Below, piece after piece: positions 22,770 through 37,700 of a stretch of DNA of 64,000 nt. This DNA comes from Thalia democratica (Eukaryota): positions 9,858,001-9,922,000 of the forward strand of contig OZ241834.1 in NCBI GenBank assembly GCA_965202585.1, read 5' to 3'. The notes under the pieces are model-generated. The model made no database searches, was not told the origin of the DNA, and was given only the letters and a program-made list of their open reading frames with translations. Positions within the stretch are counted from its first letter, which is position 1, and the number at the start of each line of letters is the position of its first letter. The position numbers and the translations under genes are program-made.

Positions 22770-25455
22770 AGTGTGTTTTATTTAAATTAGTTCTAATTAT
22801 AACCATTTTTTTAATTGTGTAAAGTGGTTAATAAAAGTATACTTTTTTTTAATAAGTGTTTGACGTATGTAATACATTAATTAATTAAAAAAAAACAACT
22901 TTTTAATTATTTTATAGCTGTTATTAACTGTGAATTTTCGTTTCGTTTTTGTTTTTTTTGTTTGATTGAAGTATTTTTGATTAATTTTTTTTTTTTGTTA
23001 ATATAAACACTTAACATTAGTATGACTTAATTTTGCAATCAGAGTAACTTCTTCCGTATTAAAACAGTATAAATTATGAATTTTTTGTTTTTTTTAGTTT
23101 TAATTTATGACATAAACACTTTTCGTTTTTAAATAATGCGCGAACTTAAAGATTGAAAATAAAATAAACACTCAATGCGTAGCAAATAATTTGTAAATAA
23201 ATTAAATTTAAATTGTAAGTGCCAAATCAGCGACTACTAAAACTTTACTACCATTTTAGTTGATTTTAACTGTATGAATACACTTTAATCATTTAAATAC
23301 GAGGTTTGTTAGCATTAGGTATGTAAGTTAAAGCTATAGAAAAATTTTTGTCACATCATATACAAAAAAATCATTCAAATTTAAGCGACTAAAAACTGAA
23401 TTGCAAAACTACAGACCTTGGGTAAGGCGCCAATACCATTTTCAAAAACCATTTTTGACTCACATAATATAATTAGCCGATAAAAGATTACATAAAATAC
23501 TACTACACTAAAAGCTGCAACGTAATCTTTAATAAGTATATTTTTTTGAAACTTTAAAACTTTATTTCAAAGTAACATAAAGGCAAACTATGATTAATTT
23601 ATCTAACATAAAATTATTTTTTTTAACAACAATAAATCTTAAAGCTTAAGGGTAAATATGTATGATTTGTTAAACTTAGCATAAGTTTGAAAAAATAAGG
23701 TATTTATACAAAATTTATCATAAAAGCTCAAGTTATATTTAGTTAATTATCGTTTAACAACCATGGCTAATTTTTTATATTGATGTTTTTAAAACAAAAT
23801 TTTTTTATTTTTTATCTTAATTGATAAGAAGTAACCAACATGTTTGAAAATATAAAGATTATTTAATGTAATAAACATATATACTGTTATATTCTATTCA
23901 AGTTTTTCCTTCATAGATTGTTTTAAACTATTTTAAATGTCGTTTTACAAAGTTTTTTTTATATTTTTATTTATTAAGATAATCTAAAATTTTCATAACT
24001 ATTTACCCTTATAGTTATATTTAGATTTTTACTTAGTTTGAACTATTAAAACTTTAGTATTTTATTTATAAAGTTAAAAGAATAAAATACTTTAAGTTAT
24101 TATTTTATTTTCACAACAAGTTTGAAATTTCGATAATTTTATTATAAAAACTCTATTGATAATAGAAGCATCTATACAAACTAAAAAACCTAAAAGTAAA
24201 TGATTGAATATTAAAGTATAACAATGCTTCGAGTTAGATTAAAACTAATTTTTGTTTCTTTAAGACAGCTTTTATTAATACACATTAAATAAGGTTTTAG
24301 ATTAAGGTTTATATTCAAACTTTAGTTTGCTTAAAAAAACTAATATTTATTTAATTTTTAGGTTCAGCTATTAGCTTAATTTATAAAAAAAATTTCTTTT
24401 TAGATATGAAAATTCTAAATTTCGTATAAAAAAAAGTTCTTTTCTCAAACCAATAGAAGAATTTATGACTAGATGTTTCAGAAAGTTATTTTAGTTTTTA
24501 AAATCTCTAAAAAACATTACAGTTGCTTTAATTAACACTATGATTTAAACAATTACAAAATTTTATATAATTATAAAATTTTTTAAACAAACTGTTAATA
24601 AATAATAGAAGTTAAATTATGTTAGTACTTCTTTTACTTTCAAGGATTGTAAATTGTTATGCTAGTAGAAGATTGAAAAAGTTAGCACAAATTAAAATAA
24701 GCTGTTATTGTGTTTGTAATACATTTAAAACATTTATTTTAAACATTTTGTTTCAAACTTTGTTAAAAACATAGTGTTTTGCTTTAATTTTAAATTTTAA
24801 AGTATTAGTTTAAACAATTATATTTCAAAAACTTTTAAATTAAAACAGGTTTTAAGTACAAATATTTTTGTTTCGAAAACTTATCTAAAAGCAATTCTTT
24901 GTAGTATTAAATAGTAGTAATTTTTAGTATACAACAGAAAATATACTTTGCTTTTAGGATTTACAAAACATTAATTTTTTTAAAGATTAAAAAAAAAATT
25001 ATTTAAACTTAAGTTCATGCTGCTTATATTTAGTTTATATGACGTCGAACTTGCGTACTATCGAGTATATTAAAGATCTGATACATTATATACTTATATA
25101 AAAAACTATGGGTAGTTTCAGATTTCAACTACTTTTTTTTTTAAATAGCTTGAAATCATGCAACCATTAGCATATAAGAAGCATATCATATTTGCTGAAT
25201 CAGCAAAAAATACTTTTTTTCATACTATTTCTGATTAAAAAAAAAATTTGATTATACTTTTTTATTTTTGGGTAAGGTAGAATAGGGATAGTGATATAAG
25301 TATAAAAACAAATTTAAAAAATACTTAAGATTCTTTTTATTGACTAAGCAAATATGTAAACGACTTGCATAATTTTCAAGCTATTTAAAAAAATAGAGGA
25401 CATCTGAAGCCACCCAAAAACCTATAATTAACAACAGATACTTGCTTTTTTGATA
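22770..25455. other. Unique AT-rich spacer at the centre of the A/B inverted repeat
   Basis: No match to the unit seen and no ORF in the supplied track. Confidence 0.6.
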
Positions 25456-25671
25456 ACCATGCGAGCTAGTCACAGTAGTACTTTGATACTATATTAATTG
25501 TCGTTTTCTAAAAAGGCGCAAGTGATATAAACATCTAAGTTATAAAACTACTTGATGGAGATAATAAAAAGTTAAAATCTTTCTACTATACATAAAGAAA
25601 ATCAGCTTCACTAGTACTTATAATGTTTATTACGTAAAAATTAAGAAGAAAAAGACGGTAATAAATTAAAA

Positions 25672-28600
25672 TCAGGTAGACTTTTTTAATCGGGATATTC
25701 TTGTCGGTGGGGATAAATAGGATTGTTGCTTTTTTGTTTTGCTGCTGTCATTGTTTGTAGAAGGAACTTTTTTTGTTTGTTCTCCTGGCGACACAGATGA
25801 CCTGCGAAGCATGTTTAGTTAAATTGTTCGTTCTGTATTTTGTAACATGAATTTTAAGTTTCTTATTAAACACTTCTTAAAAAACAAAAGTTTAAATAAA
25901 TGAAAAACTGTACTTTATTTTAGAATAAATAAACTTTCTGTACGAAAAACTGAGAAAATAAGTTATAAAAGATTATTCATTCAGTTTGTTATAGCTTTTT
26001 TTATTTCAAACCTTCGGTACTGGCTGCCGTTGAACTCGTTGCAATCTTGGTTTGGCGTTCTAGGCGACGCAGAAAGTCGTGAGTTCGGTGACCTGAGCGG
26101 CTGGTTGCTGTTTAGGGGGATTGCAGAGGAGGACAGGAGCCTCTTGTAGGTGAAAAGAGGTTTTTTGCTGTTTCTATTGTTCTTGTCATCAGCAGCCAAA
26201 TTTACAGGTGTGCTGTATTGCCTGATGAGCTGTTGCTTCGGTTTGATCAATTTAGACGGCGATTCAATTCTTCTGAATAATTTTTTAGAGTTAGTTTGCT
26301 AAGCTTGGTTAAGAATATTTAAAAGAATTTTTGCATGAGTACTATATAAAAGATGGTAATTTTAAAAATTATTATATTTTAAGTATTTTGTTTATAATGT
26401 TGTTGACTGAATAATAAATTATTACTTTATCAGTCCCCTTGACGAGAGAGGCTGGATTCCTTTCGATTTCGATAAAACAGTTGCTTGTTTTTCTTTCTGC
26501 ATTAAATTCAGCCGCGAACCGTCAATTGAGTGTTGCCTTTCCACTAAAGGTACCTTCCTGTGATTCATAACAGCTATGTTTTTGTTTCCTTGTTGTTTTT
26601 GCTGCAGTTTGGCAGGAGACGACAGTTTGGAACACAGGGACTGCTTTTTTATAACCTTCACTTTGCTGACTTTTGTTGTCGGCTTACCTGTTTAAAATTT
26701 CATGTCGTAGTATTTTGTTCAATGGAGTTTAGCTAAAATAAAAAGAATCAGTTTACAGCTATCTCCGAAAACTAATTCTCAACGAAAACTATTAATTTCT
26801 ACGTACTGTTATCTGGAGTTTCTTCATTTTTCGGTGTAGAACTCGATAATCCGTCCACGTATTTATATTCATCTTGCTTCTTCTTGGGCGAAACTGCGTT
26901 CTGTGTGAGTGTTCCGTCCTTCTCCATCCGCTCTATCGTGCTGCTCTCACCGAATCCCTCATCACTCAGTGCTTCTACGTCTTTTGTGCCTTTGAAATAA
27001 TTTTGATTAGTTTTAAAACACTATCACAATTATTCAGCTGATATTTTTAAGTAGAATACAAAAATCACTGATTTAAATACTAAACAAACTAGAACAGTTG
27101 TAATTTGAAAGCGTAACTTGTACTATCAAAAGTATATTGATATTAAACTTGAAAAAAAATTGTGTGTATAACAATTTTTTTTCATTACTCAGGTTTACCA
27201 ATTTGAGATCAAAAAACTTACCTTCTGCTACGCGATTTTCAATCAAAATTTTGTCTTCCTGGTACAGTTTTTTCTGCTGTAAGGGCTTACAGCTTGTCAG
27301 CTTTACTTTAGAACCCATAGGAGACTTTGACTTAACATAACCACTAGAAACAGGAACCTTTTTTGATGTAAACTCTTTAGATGCGTCTTTAGTTTTTTCC
27401 TTAGATGCTCTAAGAAAACGTTTTCAAATTAAGATTAACTTTGTTTTTAATAAAACATATTTTTGCTTAAATTTTTATACTTTTAATTACTCTTAGTAAA
27501 CATTCAGTTTCTAATGTTTATTTTAATTTTTATTATAATTAACTGCAGTATAGAGTTTTAAAAATGATAAAATAAACCGTTTATTTTTCAAAAAAATATG
27601 TTTTTTAGTGACTTACAGTATATTAGGTAAACTGATTTGTTAAAAGTTTGAAAAAGTAAAAACTAATTATATATAGTTTAAAAATTTATATTAACAAGTA
27701 CAAATTTAACTAACAAAATGATTTGACCTTATTGTTTATATAAACAGATTTTCGAAAATTAACAACTTAATTAAATAAACAAACTCTAAACAATTTTATT
27801 TTTCCAAAACAATCAATCATTAATTTATACAACTGAAACAAATTTATTCTTCCAACTAATTCTAACAACCTGCTAAACTTGGACTTCATTATTCCCACGA
27901 TCGACTTGGAGCTTGTGCTTCCGCGCAGTGGCGCCTGAGGTTTCGGTTTTCTCGAAGGGGAACCACCATTCAGGTTAGGGCACACCGCCTTGTTGATGGG
28001 GATTATGTTGAAGTCGAACGACCCCGACCGGTGGTAGTCGAAGGGGATTTCCCTCTTGTAGAAGTCACTTTGTGGTTTCAGCGGCGCCCTTTCGCCTGTT
28101 AGTAATGAGCGGTAAATAAAATTAACTGCAAAAGTGTCGGGTTTCAGAGCTTTTAAAAAACAGTTAGTTTTGTCAGGTGCTCGTTACACGGCACTTGAAA
28201 CGCAAGGCGTGCTAAATTGAAGCCATAAAACATTAAGGGTGTGAATTTAATGTTTGTGAAATTTAATATTGTTTGTGTTTACGAGACAGCATTAGTAAAA
28301 CAAACGAGCGATAAGTTGTAAACAAGTTCGCTTTGATGCCGATAATGAATTTAACGCTGCGACATTATGATATAATGTGCTTTCAAATTGTTGCAGGAAC
28401 TTACAGTTTTCGGCGAGTGTTCTCCTGTTTTTCAAATCGTCGTTGTAGTTGTCAAACTTGCTGAACTGCTGCTTGGCCCCTGTTTCAGGGTTGTAGCACG
28501 TGACTTTGGACGTTCCTTGCGATGCTTTGTGCATCATAAACTCTGCAAATTAATATTGTTAGTCTGCATGTTTTTAAACTTTTAACTTATAATTAAGTAG

Positions 28601-31600
28601 CTTTGTGTGATTAGATATAAGTGAACCGCAAACTGTATTAAGCGTATGTAATTAAAAAATAATTAAGTATGCAAGTTTATACTAAAACAGTTTCTTTTTT
28701 GACTTTACGCAACCCATTAATCAATTTTTCTTAATTTATAGTTTTTTTTTATTTGTTGTGCTAAAAACTTAGGAGAGCTATACAACCATATAACAGCATG
28801 TTTTAAACGTTTTTGGAATTAATTCAATCCTATCATTATTACATTCCAAGTTGTATATGTCAAATTAAAGCACTCAAACATTTTTCAGAAAGTTTATGAA
28901 ACCACTCAAATACCATTTTTGAAGTTCATGAATAAAAAATATTGAAAAACGTGAAAAAAATATATATATAGTTGTGCAGCTTTTACTTTTCTTATTTTTA
29001 GTATTTTTGAGTGAAATATTAAACCAATGAATTGTTTGTTGGTTTGTAACAAGACATGCAACTTTAGGGCGTAAAAACGAGTTTTTGCTAAAATATTTAA
29101 AACCACATTTTAAAAAGTGATTTAATTTTATTCTTATTTATAAAAACAAACTTTGCTGGGGACAAACGAAATTGTCTTCACTGCAGTTGTCGTCCTCGAC
29201 TGCAAAATTATCGAAATCTCGCATCTGTGAAAATTTCACGGTTAGTTTAAGTTTTTTTTTTTGAAAATAAAAGAGTTAATTCAGCTTTTTTACTCAAAAA
29301 GCCTTTTTAATACGTAGGTAAATCTTTATTGATACTTCGAACTATGTGAATAAGTTAATAACTTAGAAATACTTGTTACTTCATGATTTTAAACTACAAA
29401 CCGGTTTAAACTGTAATTCGAAAAAAAAAAACCGAACATGGTAAATAATACCAGTTCATTTAATTTAACTCAAAACACAAACACTTTTTTTAGTTTAAAT
29501 TTTGTTCATAAAAATATAATTTACCATGCAATCTTGTTGCAAAAACATCCCAATTGGCAAAGACTCTGTTTTTTGATTTCCTCTTTGCATCATGTTGTTT
29601 TGACACAAATTAATTTCCTCCAGTGTCGCGTAATTTTTGAATGCATCCATGTCACTTGAATGAGAGTAGCTTTGGTCTGAAATTTTAAACATTTATTATT
29701 TTACACATTTTATTCAGATGAATTCTTTAATTTATGGTCTCAAAAACATGTAGTAACAGTAAATAATTGAGCATTTTTAGTTACTTTAGGCTTAAGCTAT
29801 ACCTGTATGGGTTTGTTTGAACAATTCATAACTTAAGTTAAACTACTCATACTTCATAACTTTTTTATTTAAATACCATAAAAGTAATATAGTCACATAA
29901 ATCAGTCAATCTGATCTGTTTGCTTTGTGTATCGTAAAACAATGTAATATTTTGATGAATGAGAAAATATAAATCTCGCAAAGTCAGCTTCAATGATTCA
30001 TACCCTTGAAAAGTACTTTGTGTGTAATAAATTAATTTGTGTCATATTTACAGATTATGTAAGGTGCTATTAGCTGCCTTTTGTTATAACATCAAAGGAA
30101 CACTTGTTATTTCAATATCATTTTCTTTACACTAAAACATTATAAGTTTTGTTCAACTAATGGTTTAAGCTATTAAATTGGTTTTAAATGTTTACATAGC
30201 AATATTGTGTTGTTTTTATTAAAGTCTTTAAGTTTGCATTCAGAAAATTTATTTCTGTTTACGTAAGTATAACTTTTAATCTTCTGCCTCTAAAACATCG
30301 TTTATTTTTATTCGCCATTATAAACGGTGCGTAGTAATTTTAGCTTATTTATTATTGATAGAAACTAACCTAGCAATCTTATCGCTTCTTCTTGATCGTT
30401 ACATGTTTCATCACAATTCTCCTCAGTATAGTATCTGCTTTCATAGTATTTTTTTGATTATTTTAAAATACACAACAGTTAGTTTTATTACTATTCAAAC
30501 TTAAAAAAAAATAATATTGACAAGTTTTTAAATGTTTACCTGAGTGTTTAGTAGAATTTTAAACCTTTCGTTTTAAAGCGGTTATTATCTACTATTTGAG
30601 TTATTAAACTTAAAAACAAAACAAAACTTTACATACACTCTATCATCTTTGTTTTGATGGTTTTCGTTTTGCTGGTAACCTTCTTCCACAAAATAATTAT
30701 TCGCGTAGAAAGAATTTCTGTTTGAAACATCTTCTGCTTCCACTACAACGTTCACACATCTCTTTTGTGTTTCCACCTTGACAGGTATCTTACCTCCGTT
30801 TGTATACCCTTCATATAAATACTTTTAAATATATAAGACTTTTAAGTATCATGTTTCATTATGATACTTAAAATGACTTATTGGACTTTAGTTTTCGGCA
30901 TTAACGGAAAGTTGTTCACCTATAATATTCAAAAAGATTTGTAAACACCAAACCAAATTATTTTATAAACTAAATTACAACATTTAAACAAAACAATTTA
31001 GTTTCGGGCAGAAAAATGATACCACCAAACACGAAACGTGATTTAGGAATTAAGATCTGGTAAACAAAGATAAACAACTGTAATACTGACTAAAAGACAG
31101 TTGGTTTATTTATAAAAACTGTCACACGCTTTTTTAAGTGTTTGCAAATAATCATTAGGCTTTGATGACGTTATCTGGTAAAAATTTTGACTAAAACCAC
31201 ATAATCTTATCTAATCGTTTACTTAAAAATAACAGCGTCACGAAATCGTAGGAACATGGGTTTAACATAATTGTAAGCAATCTGAACTTAGCGGATATTT
31301 TTAAAACTAGATACATAGTAAATTCCCACTTAAAAAAATATTTTAAGTAAGTTTTATCGACACTTTTCAAAAAATTAAACTTTGCTTTTCTCTTTTTAAA
31401 ACTTGTAAGCCTAATTTATATCAAAATTTCTAGAATTTAGAAACTATTTGATTACACACTATTTGATAACTACTTAGTATAACTTTTATGGTAGTTTTGC
31501 TGATATTTACTATTTATCTAATAATATGTTACCAGTAAAAAATCATTTATAATCACTTGTAACGTTGTCGATTTCCGTCGATGACCAGCCTCGATTTTTG

Positions 31601-34600
31601 AACCTCGAATTTTGCTGGCTTTTGATTGGACGTTCTTCTGTTTCGTGAAAAACGTCTTCACTTTCCGATTCGCTCTCCACCTGCTTCTTGCTGTTTGTCT
31701 CCACATCTTCAGCCACTTTCACTCCCATCTTCGGTTTCATCTCGTCGATTTTCTGCTGTTTGAAGTTCATTTTCCCGCTATAGTCGGAATACTTCAGGTC
31801 TCCCTCCTCTGTGATTTTGTCTTCCGAGGGAATCCCTTTGATTTTATTAATTTTTTCCGCCGGTTTAGTGGAAAGTAGGAGGGAGAGGAATGGAGCCAGT
31901 TTTGTGAAAAGCTGTTCGATAAGCTGGTCTGGCATACCTGCAATAAATTTAAAAAAAAGTGTTATGTTATGTTTTTTTTTTTTTATAATTGTAGTGGGGT
32001 AGTATAAATGGTTAACACTTTTTAAGCAGAATAATGTATATTATGTTAAAACATTAAGTTTAATGTTTTAAAGGTAGAAGATATGTAAAAAAAAATTCGA
32101 AGTATTTTTTAAGTAGCTATAGCGTTTACGTAATACTTTGCTAATTACAATTTGAAAATCATTTATGAAAAGCATCAAATTTTGACTACCGAAGTAATTT
32201 AACACTTTTAAATGTCAAAATAGTATAAAATATTTAGTTGTAAAGTTACCTTGTTCTCTTATTACAAACGTCTTTTAATTTTTTGCGCCTTAAGATGGAA
32301 ACTAGGGTGAAGAAAATGACATAACGAGTGAGGAATTCCATACCAAAAGGAGAAATTGAAAGTCGAGAAATGAAAATTAGCTCAAGTGCAAGGTAAAATT
32401 GGATATTCGTTACGTGCGGTTATTTAGTAGCTGAAACTGAAAAAGTAGAAGAAAAGATAAACTTTTAGTGATCTGCTTCATGCGTGTTTTTCTTGCGAGT
32501 TGGATGAAAAAGCGAGGCTGTTTGCCCGCAAAATGTTTTTAACCTTGTCGGCATATCTTTTGATTCTTATACAGCAGCTTGCTTTGTTTGAACAAAACAT
32601 GAAAACTCCTGTATGACGCTTATATCTCGTGTATATATCAATATATTTGTTCGGTTTCGACATTCGGAATTTTTCAAATATAATAACCTGTTTGTTCAGC
32701 CAGTTGTTTCCAGTTCGCCGAAGTTTGGTTTCTTTTAACTTCCTCGTTTTCTTGATTAAGCTCACTCGAAGACTTTATTCTTCCTTTTTTAGTGTAAACT
32801 TTATTTGATGTTAAATATATAAATGTTTAATTAGACAGCTTTTAGGTTTTATTTAACTGTTAATTTTAATTTTAATAATAAATATAATTATATGTTTAAT
32901 AAATTATAAAGTTTTTGACCCATATTTCTAAAAACATATTATTTGATTTTTATTTTACTTGACTAACTTTAGTAACTAAATAAAATAAACTTAATTTTTG
33001 GTACTAAAGCTCACATGATGTTATTGTACAAATTATCTAGATAGGTACAATAATTAAAGTATAATATGTTTGATGGAAATTTCTTACTTTTTGTGTTTAG
33101 TTTGTTTTTGTTGGTAAGTTCTTCCACTTGGTTTCTCAACATTACACATTCATCAAATAGTTCATCCCTTTCTTTTTCAACAAGCATCTTTTGTATTTCC
33201 ACCTAAATTACATTGGAATTTATATTCATAATACTCCTTTATTTTACAATTAAATAGTGTTTTAGTACTTCAAAAAAATATTTATAATCATATACGTATA
33301 CATTTTTAAAGAGTTCTATCTAAAGCATTTCAACTATTTAGAAATGAAACATTGAAAAGAGTTTAATCGCCCTAATGTCAAGTTAATATTAAAATTACGT
33401 TTCTATTTGAATAATTTACTTCATAATCTTAGTAATACAACCCGTTTAACTGCAATTAAGAAAAAAACATTTGTTTCATACGCCTCCCCTGACAGAATAT
33501 TAATTTGATATAATTATTTTTGTACAAATGATTTTGTGTGTACTAAGTTATCGCCTTTTATATCAACCAAATGAGTTTAATCTTGTTAATGAGTTTTTTA
33601 AATTTTAACTATGTTTGATGTTTTGTTTATGTTTATTTGGTCTTGAATATAAGTGTTTTAATTTTCATTATTCCCATTGTGTGTCTTGATTAAGTGGCTC
33701 AGGTTTTGATGCCTGAGTCTAACTTTGCACAATAAACAATATAATAATTATAAAAACAAGTTGGTTTGATGATGTATAAGCCACTTTTCGATTTATTGTA
33801 GCAACTCAGCGTTTTATACTACATTAAGTATAAAACTAGAGAATTTGTTTAAAAAAAATCTAAACATTTTAGTCTTGTTTCTTGTTGATCAAAAATTCGT
33901 TAAAATACTTTAAAAATGTAATCAAAACTATTTTAAATACATTAATGTTTTTTACTTCTTTATTTTCACCCTTCAAGTTTTCAACGAGCTTAACCAGATT
34001 TTTGTTTTCATTTTCAAATCGCTGAATCTTTTCAACTAAACGAGCGTAACTGGAGTGTACCATGTCCGCATTCTGATAAAAAAAAAAACAATTTGGTAAA
34101 AATTACTTTTAATAAAACATTTTAAAGTTTATCTAAACAGACAAACGTTGAATTAAAAAAAAAATAAAAAAGTAATTAGTGTTTTACTTATTTTAGCTTT
34201 ATAATAACTTCTTATAAGTGTAAAATTAGTTTTTGGCATTGAACTTATTAATTTTGATTATTTTTTTGTGAAATTAGTTAATTAAACTGTTTACATATTT
34301 TAAAAACATGTTGTTTTGGTTTTGATAAATTACACTGAAATTTATTGTTAGCTAAAAAATGCAATAAATTAGAACTTTCTGTTAAGATTCAACAACTTTT
34401 TTCTATTTAAATGAATTTTATTTCAAAATATTTATTAAAACAAAACTCAAAAAGCATTTTGCTACAGACGTTCCTAATTATATATAGCCTATGCTAATCA
34501 CGACTTCAAAAATATAATGTTTTTTATTTAATGTTCACACGTCACATATAACTACCTTCTCACAAGAATCAAAATAACAAACTACAAGCATATAATAAGC

Positions 34601-34781
34601 GGGCAGATTACTATTTTTCTCAAAATTGCAGTGCAACTTGACACTGGCAATTATACCTTAAAGATTCTTATTGCCACCCAAAAAATGAACAAAAACTCAC
34701 GCTCCTTGAAGTTCTCGAGGAAGTAGATTCGCTATGACGTGAATTGATGCCATACCGACTCTGCGATGATTTTGAAGTCAT
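25672..34781 (-). CDS. Copy B of the same 16-exon gene (intact ORF)
   Basis: Exons 5'->3': 34781-34701, 34072-33956, 33202-33088, 32798(backup AG)-32688, 31937-31557, 30808-30637, 30434-30370, 29676-29525, 29224-29152, 28542-28405, 28095-27870, 27409-27222, 26989-26807, 26687-26426, 26272-26012, 25801-25672. Lengths equal copy A except in-frame differences (+3 exon 5, -3 exon 11, -6 exon 4). No stops or frameshifts found. Confidence 0.82.
29897..30004 (-). CDS. Candidate exon 7b, copy B
   Basis: 108 nt, AG..GTgact, open, with a 3-nt in-frame insertion relative to A. Confidence 0.6.
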
Positions 34782-37700
34782 AACAGACTAACTGACTGTT
34801 TGCTTTGTTTTATTGTTTTATTGTTAATACCTGCGAAAAGAATAAATGCAGTTGCTTAAGTCACCAGATTAATTATTCAATATTTGCGTCAGTCTTGTAA
34901 TGCGTGTGTGTGTATAGTTAAATCTTTTTATTTGTAAATAATTATTTTACCTGTGTTTTGTAATGACGCTGTACCACGTAAAAACAAGCTTTTACATAAG
35001 TTTGATTTTTTTGTTTGTGTTAAGATTAACAACACGATACATTTTTAATTTTTAAAGAGTTTTTTGTTTACTTATACGAAATCTAGTATAAAAACCATCT
35101 TTGCAGAAATATGTAAACGCAAATAAAGTTTATTAAACTCTTATTTTCTAAAACACAAACTAATCTTAAAAGTAAACTTTTCCTATTACTAAAACTTCTA
35201 AAAACTATTATAATAAGTCTATAAGTATTTTAAAAACTTGAAACTTTTTATTTTAAAGAGCTTACTTCAATCAAACTTAAAACATTATTGGTTTATTGTT
35301 TTAAATTAAACAATAAACTTTATAGAAATTGTTTTCAATTATCCAATTAAGTAATTTGTGTATATTACCAACCAGTATTAAGAATTCAATTTTTATTTCT
35401 CTAGTTTACCTAATTGTTGCAATACTTTAAAATTTAATATTATGTTTGACCTAATATATAGTTTTTAGAGTTAAGTAAAATTTAAATAAAAGTTTAAATT
35501 TGTTGTGATTTATTTTGTTTAGACAAAAACCAACAAAAAAATTATTTGCTTTAGAAACTAATTTGCGAAATCTACAAAACCTTTCTAAACTATTTAGTTA
35601 TATATCTGATATAGTTAATTTTTAATAAAAATGTATTAAAAAGTACTTTAACTTTTTTTCAATGATAAATTCATGCAGTCAAAGTTTAAAAAAAAATTAA
35701 AGACTATTAGTGCTTAAAATATTCTTAAACAATTGTTATATAATTTCAAACAAAATTAACTTTAAGCTTTCAAAAAAAAACTTACACAAAACTATGCTTA
35801 GATGTTTGTTTATGTATCTGATTTGTTTTTAAACAACTAATAGTTAGATTAGTCCATCATTAAAAAAAGTTCAAATTTCAACAGATTTTACTTTTACTTT
35901 ACTATTTTCAGTGCGAATTCTAAAAAAATATTTTTATTTCTATGTAACGTATATCTGTTACACATTTTTCCTTAACCTAAAGTCAAAAACTTATACTATT
36001 TGTGTTACACTTAAAATTCTAAAACACACATTCTTTAACCAACTTCAAAGTTGTCTGTATGGTGAATTTTAAATATTTTTAACTGATTAAAATAAAATAT
36101 CTTAATCAAAACTTCAGTTTAATCCTTTTGATACTTGCTAAACAAAAATACCAGTAAGTTATACCAACTGTATCACTTGAGTTTATAAAAGACTCAACAG
36201 TTCAACGATTTTCTTATGAATTATTCAAAACCGTTTCAGCGGCCAAGCATCGGAAAGAGTTGCATCGTCCAGCGGCCGTTGTGACGTCATAATGCCTCCA
36301 ACTCTGTCGTCGGCGGCAGGTGGGGCCGGGCGAGTCAACAATCGAGCAGCGATTCGATTGTGACACCACAGTGAGCCGTTGACTGACATTATCGCTTATT
36401 TTCTTGCAACTTGTTGCTACTAGAAGTTTTTTTTTTACCGCGTTGTACAGTAATTTTCAATTTGTTTTAAAATACAGTTTCTTCTTTCCAAACTTGTTTA
36501 AAACACTTTTTTTGTTTTCATTGTAGTATATTCAAATATACTGTTTCTAAATTAAAACTAGATTTTTACAAAAGTCTAACTTCTTTACCGCTTTTTTTAC
36601 AAAATTATATTATTTTTTTATTTTTAACAAACAATTTAAAACATTTTAAAACTGAACTTGTACAAAAAATTTTAAATAAACTACATAAATAAATTATCAA
36701 TGATGCTAACTAGTAATTTTAAACTACGTTTGTAGAAGTACAACAATTTTGTAGTAGCTTGTAACAATTGTCAAAAAATATAATTGATGTGTTTTAAAAA
36801 CTAGTTCTGTACTTAAATAAGTTTTTTTTTTTGATCTTTTGTTCACGGCAATATTTGCTTAGCTTATTTAGAGTAAATATAAAAACTAACAATTTTTATA
36901 AAAAATTCTAAAGTAATTCAATAATTTTAAAATAAAAAGTAAAAGTAAATACAGAATAAATAAATACATAAAAATTGAAATAAAAGTTATGGTTTTTATT
37001 AATTCATATGCAGCTGTAAAAACTTATACATAATAGATTTTTTTCTCTCAAAACAAAGCTTGATATTTTGTCACGATAAACTAAACCACTACATTGCAGA
37101 AGTCATGATGTTAATTACGCATTTTTTATCAAAAAGTTTTTCATACATATTTCAGTAGATTTTACACTAAAAAACCAACTGAAAAATACTTCATAAGCCG
37201 TCTTATGAATAATTAATAGTGAATTACTTGAACTTAGACTATAAATGTATACTTTTGTACGTAAAACGACCAAAATCTTTTGTATACATTATTTTATAGC
37301 AATATTTTTTAACTCACGTGACTTTTTTATGGTATTTTTCTATAGCTTGTCAACAATTGATTCAGCCATTCTTAAATACACCTAAGGCTATAAAACAGCA
37401 CTAGATTTTTGTTAATAATATACAAAGAAATTAGAAAATAATTATAAAAAATCAACAGTTTGAAATTATGCTTTATATAAGTATGTGTTGTTTCAATTCA
37501 TTAAGAAAAATTAAACGTATTAAAAAATTATTATATATTGTGTATTACTTTTTAAAGTATTGATTTTCAGATTCTGTCTTAATATCATAGAAATGTTTAC
37601 TTATGTCATCACAACAACTCTTTTAACTAATAAGAAACATAGTTAATTTTCAAAATCCTTTTCTTTTATTTAAAAATTGTTAATTTAATATACAGCCATC

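Larger units (their letters stand above)
1650..22770 (+). repeat. Segmental duplication unit, copy A
   Basis: Collinear reverse-complement similarity to 25455-45750 and 46200-64000, e.g. 1985-2400 matches 44960-45390 and 22620-22740 matches 46230-46330. Boundaries approximate. Confidence 0.9.

Noticed and set aside
32478-32765. 95 and 114 aa ORFs over exon 4 and intron 4 in B and C (also 53815-54159)
   Set aside because: They are an alternative frame of exon 4, broken in A and frameshifted between B and C. B/C similarity here is explained by a conversion tract.
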